Of a stretch of 28,359 bases of DNA, positions 7,774 through 14,625 are shown one piece after another. The stretch lies in IMG/VR virus record IMGVR_UViG_3300049070_000021, positions 1 to 28,359 of that record; one strand, 5' to 3'. Numbering within the stretch: the stretch's first letter is position 1; each line of letters opens with the position of its first letter. The translations under genes were made by a program, and so were the position numbers. The DNA comes from a virus. Its lineage: Duplodnaviria > Caudoviricetes. The notes beneath the pieces were generated by a model. The model had not been told where the DNA came from, ran no database searches, and saw only the letters and a program-made list of their open reading frames with translations.

Positions 7774-10700
7774 TGGCGCAGAAGATACAACCCATTGACG
7801 ATTGGCAACCAGTAGATGATTGGCAGGAAATAGACGATTGGGAAGATGCAACTCCTAATCGTGGTTTCCTACAAGCATGGGATGAGGCATGGTTTAACCA
7901 ACCTCTTTCTAATAAAATCAAGGTCAATGATACTCAAATCTTTGACCCTCAGTATGCAGCCAATTTCTACGATGACCCTGCTAAACGAACTGAAGACCAG
8001 TGGAAAATACCTGATTGGGTGCCAATTGCAGGTGGTGGAACATGGCGCTCATTAGGTGCTGGTATGTTGGAGGGTGGTGGTAACGTTGTAGCCGGACTTA
8101 CTACACCTCTAAACATAGCTACTGCTGGCACTACTAGTGTAGCTAATAGGGCTGCAAAAACAGCTAGAACTCTACCTGCTTTAACTGAAGCTGCATATAC
8201 TACTGCACCTAAAGTAGCTGCTACTGCACGTAGGGCTACACAGGCTCTAGGTGCGCCTATGATAGCTTCGGGTGCAGCTAGAGTAAATCGTGGTTTAGAA
8301 GGTGGTGCAGACTACGAAGGTGATACTGATTGGGCTGATATTGCATTTGGTGTAGCTGAAGCTGCTGGCGGTGGTGCTGCTGCATTAATGCCAAAGAACT
8401 TTCCTAATGCACAGCCACGTCTACAGCAGATTGCTGATGCACGCACTCAGCCAATGGGTGATTTACCACTAAATGCACCTCATCCTGGCACATTAGATGC
8501 TGCACCATCAGGACCACTACCTACTAGAGTTACACTCAAACAGCCCACTCCTGCGGTTGTTGCAGACCTACGTAATAAAGGCTACGTATCAGGTGGTGTA
8601 GACGAGAACGGCTATCCCGTAATGATACGTAAGGACGTTCTGGATAAGATTGAAGCTCCACCAGTTAAACGCCCTGAACCAGAATCTTCGTCAATTTTTG
8701 GTGACAATGAAATCATATTTGACGAAGAAATAGCTGTCAAAAATCCAAGTGCTGCATTTATCAAGAGAATGCAGGACCAAGGATTTGCACTCGATGAAAT
8801 TGAAGGTGATACAGTCATCTTCAGACAGCCTAGAGAACAGGAAATGCGTGTTCCGGCAGAAGGTAGTGGCGGTAGTTTAGTCGAAAGGATGAAAAGAAGC
8901 GAAGAACTACTAAGAAATCCACGGGAAGCATTCATGCAACAAATGTTTCCTGAAGAACAATCTACAGTTCAACCTGAACAGCCTACATTTCCTGAAATAA
9001 TGAGGGAACCTGGTAGAAGTGAATTTTCACCTGATTTGATGCAAATTGATGAACCTGTAGGTGGTGGATATTCACCTAAATTTGTGCCTCGTAGGGGTGC
9101 ATTAGAAAACATTGGCAACGCAGAGGAAATGCGCGTTCCTAATGTCAATGAAGGTAAAGGTGGATTAAGTAACGTTGCAATGGGCGGTGCAAGTCCGCGT
9201 GTTCTGGATGTATTGGGTAGTTCTTTGTATTCGCGTGACCGTCCTACGGTTATCGCTAAGGAACTCCTACAAAATGCATTTGATGAACATCGTATTGCAG
9301 GTGTCCAAGACCCTGTTAGAGTGCTTGTTCGTCACCAAGTTAAGAATCCTATAACTGGTGAAGATGCTAAAGCCATGACTATCCGTGATAGGGGTAGAGG
9401 CTTGCCACCTGACCAGATTTATACAGTTCTTACTGACGTAGGTGAAACTGGTAAAGCAGGTATTGAGGGTGCATCAGGTGGATTTGGCTTTGCTAAAGCT
9501 GCTCCATTTTTAGGAGGTAAATACGCTCGCGTAGTTTCAGTAGTTGATATGCCTGATGGTCAGCGTATGCGATATACGTTTGAAGGCAATCCTGCTGAAT
9601 TAAAGAATCAAGCTCGTGGTGTAGCACTTAACGAAGAGGCAGTTGGACCTAATGTTCCTACAGGTCTTGAAGTAACTACCTACTTCGATAAGGAAAGCAC
9701 ATCATTCTACGATGCAACTCGATTCGTCAAGAATATGACGGAACGTTCCCCGTCTATTACTTCTGACGTATTGATGCACGAAGATTATGGTGGTTACAAA
9801 AGTAATCACGAAGATATGTTACGTAGTTGGTTGGATGAAAATCCAAATCAATTACCTGAGGAAGCATATAATGTTACGGCTGATAGATTTACCCGAGAAG
9901 AAGTTCCGCCGTTACAGGATACTATTGATACTCCTGGTGCGAAGATTAATATTCACTACGCTGAACCTGAAAGGGGTTATCAGGCTAATCAAAGCCCGAT
10001 TCACATGCTCAATAAAGGGCTGTATCAGGCTAGTGATAGTGCGTATTATGGTAACGAACCAGTTTCTAACGTGCCCCGTTCTATTGTTGCAGACATTATT
10101 GCAACAGTTGAAGAAGGACACGCGGACTATCCATTTACGGCCAATCGTGAACAGTTAAACACGAAGGTTAATCAGGCTATCAGTAAATGGGTAGACGAGA
10201 ACATTACCTCTGGTGCTCAGAAGAAGCGCCTCAAAGAACTACAACGTAAATACGATTCAATTACTGCTATTGACGTAGAGACTCCTGTTAGCGGTCCACG
10301 TCAGATTCATATTTTGGATGATGGTAATAGACTTGCTCCTGAAGAAATTCAAATGATTCAGGAATCACAGTCTTTTAACAGCATTCTAACTACACTGGAT
10401 GATGTTAACAAGGCTATTCTAGGTGTTGCTGATACACTTGGTTGGAGCCTAACACCATCTGGTAGATTAAAGAAATTCGGATTATTGATTCAGGCTCCCG
10501 ACCAGCGTGGAACTACGCTTGGTATTCACATTCCACGTCCTGATGACCTAAATGATTCAGCTATTCTCATTAATCTGTTTGAACATTTGAAACGGGTAAT
10601 GGGTTCACCTGAACCATTAGACGGTCTATCAACTGGGCTGCTTACTACTATCACCCATGAACAAGCGCACATTCCGGGTGGTGGTCACGATACTGGATTT

Positions 10701-12356
10701 GCGTATCGACATGCTCAATTGATGGAAGCATTGGGCAGACGTAAAACCAACGAATTGCTAGATACTCTAGCGGAGGTATTTGACGATGGAGCCGGAGGAA
10801 TTAATCCCGAGTTATCAGAGTTTCTATCAATCTATGATGAGTCAAGGCTTAGAGAACCGAGCGGCGATGATGCTATCCTCGCAACTGGAGTCCATAGCCG
10901 AAGACCCACGAATAGAACCGGAGGAAAAGAAGGTAATGCTGAACGCGCTGACGCAAGTAGGGATGAACCTTCGACTCTTAGGGAACTCTACGAACTCCCC
11001 AGAGGTCTAACTACTACTGCTGACTTGTCATTTGGATTTAGACAAGGATTACCCCTAATCACTACTAAACAGTGGTGGACTTCATGGGGTGAAGCAATAA
11101 AAGCATTGGGTTCAGATGGCGCATACCGTGAGGTAATGGCTAAGATTGAAGCTGACCCAATCATGCAGCGCCGAGTAGACTTAACTACTGGCAAAGTTAA
11201 GAAGTCATTCGCGCAAGAAGCAGGTTTAGCTATTACTGACCTTAGTAAGAAGCTAAATAATCGTGAAGAATCTCAGCGTTCTACACTTGCTGAGAGACTA
11301 CCAGCAGGTATAGGTAGGGTAGTTAAGGCTAGTAATCGTGCCTATAACGCCTATCTAAACCAACTACGATTTGAAACATTCAAGTCACTTCTCGACGATG
11401 CGCGTGCAATGTCAGTAGAAGGAGCTGCTCAGGGTGAAATACAACATCCTGGTGTAAGTGGTTGGTTTGGCAATAAGATGAAAACTGATGCGGCAAAAGC
11501 AGCAGAACTTAATCCTTATAGGAATATGGTTCTTGCTAAGCAAATTGCTGACTTCGTGAATACGGGCACAGGACGTGGCCCGCTACGTATGGACTTACCT
11601 ACCATCGAAAAAGGTAAGTTCACAATGAAAGAGCGTTCGCTCGAACAGAACGCTGAACTACTTACAAATCTACTGTTTTCACCCAGACTATTTGCATCTC
11701 GTGTGCGTATGCTTAATCCTGGCACATATGTAATGGCAGACCCCTTCGTGCGTAAACAATACGTCAAGGCTCTGCTTGCTACAGCCGGTGCATGGGGAAG
11801 CATTAGTAGCATTGCTGCGATGGCTGGTGCTGATGTATCATTAGACCCAAATAGTTCTGACTTTGGTAAAATCAAAATTGGTAATACGCGGCTGGACCCT
11901 GCTGGTGGATTCCAACAGTTCCTTGTTACTGCGAGTAGATTCCTGAGTGGTGAATACACTTCATCATCTACTCAGCAAGAATCAGAACTAGGACAGGGAT
12001 TCCGTGCAGAAACTAGAAAGGACGTAATAGAAAGATTTGGTGTGAATAAGCTACATCCAGTAGCTAGATTCGCGTATGACCTAATGTTTGCATCCAAGTA
12101 TCAGCCGGTTAACATTGGCGATAGAATCGTCCAGATGTTTATTCCGCTGATTATTCAGGATGTAATTGAACTAGCTCAGGAAGACCCAACCCTGCTCCCA
12201 CTTGTAGGTTTAGTAGGAGCAGGTATGGGAACTCAAACTTACTCGCAGGGTGAAGTAGAAGGTAAACTCGTTCCACCTGATAAAGATTGGATTTGGACAG
12301 GTGGCACACCACGTAGAGCTTGGGATGCTCTTATTGGTAATGAGAGTGACTTCTAA
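7773..12356 (+). CDS. Large polyvalent ejection protein with internal GHKL ATPase and HExxH metallopeptidase domains
   Basis: 1527 aa, last gene of the virion arm, Cys-free. GHKL boxes KELLQNAFD, IRDRGRGL, GASGGFGFAK, TGLEVT; Hsp90-middle-like PFTANREQL; THEQAHIPGGGHD zincin motif. Confidence 0.8.
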   Translation: MAQKIQPIDDWQPVDDWQEIDDWEDATPNRGFLQAWDEAWFNQPLSNKIKVNDTQIFDPQYAANFYDDPAKRTEDQWKIPDWVPIAGGGTWRSLGAGMLEGGGNVVAGLTTPLNIATAGTTSVANRAAKTARTLPALTEAAYTTAPKVAATARRATQALGAPMIASGAARVNRGLEGGADYEGDTDWADIAFGVAEAAGGGAAALMPKNFPNAQPRLQQIADARTQPMGDLPLNAPHPGTLDAAPSGPLPTRVTLKQPTPAVVADLRNKGYVSGGVDENGYPVMIRKDVLDKIEAPPVKRPEPESSSIFGDNEIIFDEEIAVKNPSAAFIKRMQDQGFALDEIEGDTVIFRQPREQEMRVPAEGSGGSLVERMKRSEELLRNPREAFMQQMFPEEQSTVQPEQPTFPEIMREPGRSEFSPDLMQIDEPVGGGYSPKFVPRRGALENIGNAEEMRVPNVNEGKGGLSNVAMGGASPRVLDVLGSSLYSRDRPTVIAKELLQNAFDEHRIAGVQDPVRVLVRHQVKNPITGEDAKAMTIRDRGRGLPPDQIYTVLTDVGETGKAGIEGASGGFGFAKAAPFLGGKYARVVSVVDMPDGQRMRYTFEGNPAELKNQARGVALNEEAVGPNVPTGLEVTTYFDKESTSFYDATRFVKNMTERSPSITSDVLMHEDYGGYKSNHEDMLRSWLDENPNQLPEEAYNVTADRFTREEVPPLQDTIDTPGAKINIHYAEPERGYQANQSPIHMLNKGLYQASDSAYYGNEPVSNVPRSIVADIIATVEEGHADYPFTANREQLNTKVNQAISKWVDENITSGAQKKRLKELQRKYDSITAIDVETPVSGPRQIHILDDGNRLAPEEIQMIQESQSFNSILTTLDDVNKAILGVADTLGWSLTPSGRLKKFGLLIQAPDQRGTTLGIHIPRPDDLNDSAILINLFEHLKRVMGSPEPLDGLSTGLLTTITHEQAHIPGGGHDTGFAYRHAQLMEALGRRKTNELLDTLAEVFDDGAGGINPELSEFLSIYDESRLREPSGDDAILATGVHSRRPTNRTGGKEGNAERADASRDEPSTLRELYELPRGLTTTADLSFGFRQGLPLITTKQWWTSWGEAIKALGSDGAYREVMAKIEADPIMQRRVDLTTGKVKKSFAQEAGLAITDLSKKLNNREESQRSTLAERLPAGIGRVVKASNRAYNAYLNQLRFETFKSLLDDARAMSVEGAAQGEIQHPGVSGWFGNKMKTDAAKAAELNPYRNMVLAKQIADFVNTGTGRGPLRMDLPTIEKGKFTMKERSLEQNAELLTNLLFSPRLFASRVRMLNPGTYVMADPFVRKQYVKALLATAGAWGSISSIAAMAGADVSLDPNSSDFGKIKIGNTRLDPAGGFQQFLVTASRFLSGEYTSSSTQQESELGQGFRAETRKDVIERFGVNKLHPVARFAYDLMFASKYQPVNIGDRIVQMFIPLIIQDVIELAQEDPTLLPLVGLVGAGMGTQTYSQGEVEGKLVPPDKDWIWTGGTPRRAWDALIGNESDF

Positions 12357-12577
12357 ACTCCACCATCTACACGAGTAACTTCGGCTGCGCGTGGTCCTTT
12401 GGGTGAAGGGACGATAGTAAAAGTAACATCTACTTTACGTCCCTTCATCATATCTTCAGCTAAGTCCTCAAAGAATCCATTGAGGTCGTCCTTGTGGAAG
12501 AAGTATTCCTTACCATCTTCCCCCTCGATGAATCCAAACCTACGTTCCAGAACGAGTTTAATTACCTTACCCTTCAT
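12353..12577 (-). CDS. Cold-shock domain protein
   Basis: True start probably MKGKVIK at 12577 (GAAGGGGGG upstream); RNP1 RFGFI, RNP2 YFFH, C-terminal KGPRAAEV. Confidence 0.9.
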   Translation of the reverse strand: MKGKVIKLVLERRFGFIEGEDGKEYFFHKDDLNGFFEDLAEDMMKGRKVDVTFTIVPSPKGPRAAEVTRVDGGV

Positions 12578-12809
12578 ACGGCCCCCCTTCGTTATAGTCG
12601 GCTGGTCTAAGAGTAGTTTTTCGTAATCGAAATTTGCAAAACACACAGTATTTGCACCTTCCAAACATCGTTGTTCCGCACTCAACACACTTCCAGTTAG
12701 GCACATTTAGATACCAGTCATACCACCGCTGAGGCTTGATGTTACCAGTAGGAGTAGATACCGTTTCTACTCGTTCCTCGTATTCATCAGGTGGTGGTAT
12801 TATTGGCAT
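12567..12809 (-). CDS. Small zinc-finger protein
   Basis: CVEC...CKYCVFC; overlaps neighbours in operon fashion. Confidence 0.6.
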   Translation of the reverse strand: MPIIPPPDEYEERVETVSTPTGNIKPQRWYDWYLNVPNWKCVECGTTMFGRCKYCVFCKFRLRKTTLRPADYNEGGPYEG

Positions 12810-13000
12810 TCTGTATTGCTACCCAATTGGGCATTGCACTTACGACAGAATGTTCCATTCATATACCATTGCCAATCATGCAATTTATTCCTATAATAAT
12901 CTGTTTGCATCCAGTGGAACATGCACATCCATCGTTTGAACCATTCGCGCTGTTCTTCACCTTCCTCACGGTTCTTTACAACACAAGTGCATTCACTCAT
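12800..13000 (-). CDS. Small hypothetical Cys/His protein
   Basis: CMFH...CRKC; ATGA overlap with the upstream gene stop. Confidence 0.5.
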   Translation of the reverse strand: MSECTCVVKNREEGEEQREWFKRWMCMFHWMQTDYYRNKLHDWQWYMNGTFCRKCNAQLGSNTECQ

Positions 13001-14280
13001 TTGTTTTTCCCCGCGAATAGACGTTTATATTCCTCGACGACCACTTCAGGCATGATGTAGATAATCTGATTACCTACGCTTTCTATCTTAATCATACCTG
13101 CTTGGTCAAACGACATCATAATTTCATCAAATTCAGTAGCATCCTTGTAATGTGCCCACATCTTCTTGAGCAGCATGGTTCTACTGATTTGGTGCGTATC
13201 CCTACCCAATATCTCCTTGATGATTAATCCCTTAATTAGTTTGGCATCAGATAACCCCTTCTTACCGTGGGTCATCTCACGCACATTACCAATTAGTTTC
13301 TCACAATGAGATATAGCAAGTTGCATTGATTCCTCGTCTATATATAGTTCAGGTGAACGTGATAAGGCGAGGAGCATAGCGACTTTAAGCACCGAATCTC
13401 CGAATCTATTAAGAGTGCCCGTATCATCGCGGATTTCTTGGACCGTAATGATGTCAATGAAATCTTCATACCACTTCTGGTAAAGTAATCCAGCCGGTGA
13501 ATAGTAACTAATTTCATCTGACTCTCGGGACTTGTATTCAATGGTGCATTCTTCTGTTGGTTCCCTTGACGCGAGAGGTCTAAAGGGACCACGAAGTTTT
13601 GCGAGGTCTTTGAGATACTCTGATGATTCCTTGTAATTTGGTGGATTAGTGAGTGGGACAAGTAATGAGTTAGCACGGTTTCTCTTATGCTCGGCAACGA
13701 TAAAAGTTCGTGCAAAGTATCCACCATGTATGTCCTTCTTTCCAAAAAAATCTGTTGAGTGAGCTTCATTGGTCGCAGTTAACATGGTGATAGTTGGGTC
13801 TTTCAAATTGAAAGATTCCATTTTGAGTAGACTTCGCCACTCACCAATGTTATACTGGCGGTCATAAAGGTCTGTGAGAATATCCGTTGCTACCTTATCC
13901 TCAACGATTGAACTAGTCAATTCGGAAGAACAGATAAATGCAACAGACTTCATTATAGGCTTACCCTTACCGCCCTCTACTGTAGTAGCTGTGCCTAATT
14001 CTTTTAGGATACCCTGAATAGATGAACGCCCAGATATAATCTTAGTGCCCCCAACAGCGCGCACCAATTGCTTAGCCATGCTGATAGGTGGACCTTTTTT
14101 AAGTCCTGATTCAGCATGGAACATAACATAGATGTTAGGGTAAAGATTATATATCTGTCGGTCCAGCCATACGTTATCCTGAAGCACCGCCGAAATAGCA
14201 GCTAATCCACCCCAGAACCAGAATGCTGTTGGAGACTCTAGTTCTGAGTGTTGACTCAGAAGTTTCTCCAACCACGTCAT
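12997..14280 (-). CDS. DUF3987-type P-loop ATPase (putative replicative helicase-like)
   Basis: ESP..F..W..L..IS, PNIYV..AESGLKK (Walker A-like), FICSSEL (Walker B-like), LTDLYD and GGYFAR match this phage family; downstream of the DNA polymerase. Confidence 0.7.
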   Translation of the reverse strand: MTWLEKLLSQHSELESPTAFWFWGGLAAISAVLQDNVWLDRQIYNLYPNIYVMFHAESGLKKGPPISMAKQLVRAVGGTKIISGRSSIQGILKELGTATTVEGGKGKPIMKSVAFICSSELTSSIVEDKVATDILTDLYDRQYNIGEWRSLLKMESFNLKDPTITMLTATNEAHSTDFFGKKDIHGGYFARTFIVAEHKRNRANSLLVPLTNPPNYKESSEYLKDLAKLRGPFRPLASREPTEECTIEYKSRESDEISYYSPAGLLYQKWYEDFIDIITVQEIRDDTGTLNRFGDSVLKVAMLLALSRSPELYIDEESMQLAISHCEKLIGNVREMTHGKKGLSDAKLIKGLIIKEILGRDTHQISRTMLLKKMWAHYKDATEFDEIMMSFDQAGMIKIESVGNQIIYIMPEVVVEEYKRLFAGKNK

Positions 14281-14441
14281 TCAGTTTTCCATTCATTCCT
14301 TGGAAATCCTACACGAATTCTTGTAATGTGTTGTTCTTCACAAACATACACATCACACGCATCTTGTGCCCCTGCTCTTGTAGCCTTCTTACTACAAGTA
14401 GGACATACTATGTATTCTGGAGCTTTAGAAGGGGATGTCAT
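14277..14441 (-). CDS. 54-aa zinc-ribbon microprotein (not in ORF track)
   Basis: MTSPSKAPEYIVCPTCSKKATRAGAQDACDVYVCEEQHITRIRVGFPRNEWKTE*; fills the gap and its TGA overlaps the ATG at 14280. Confidence 0.6.
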   Translation of the reverse strand: MTSPSKAPEYIVCPTCSKKATRAGAQDACDVYVCEEQHITRIRVGFPRNEWKTE

Positions 14442-14625
14442 CGTCTGGTGCCCTCATCTTTAATCTTTCTTCGTCAAGTATCCTATTATGGACACTACCT
14501 ATTAACACCATGAACTGAGCTAAAAGGGACACCAGATTATCTGCCATGATTATATCCACGGCAGTTACTCCGAATTGTTCCGAATCTTCCTTATAACTCA
14601 GTTTTAATTCAAAGTGTCTCATCAT
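14425..14625 (-). CDS. Small protein ending in the SSB-type tail DDDIPF
   Basis: Start MMRHF at 14625 overlaps the polymerase stop (ATGA); C-terminus RAPDDDIPF. Confidence 0.65.
   Translation of the reverse strand: MMRHFELKLSYKEDSEQFGVTAVDIIMADNLVSLLAQFMVLIGSVHNRILDEERLKMRAPDDDIPF

Noticed and set aside
12578-12706. N-terminal extension of the cold-shock ORF in the track
   Set aside because: Overlaps the upstream zinc-finger gene; the internal ATG at 12577 has an RBS and gives a canonical CSD length.
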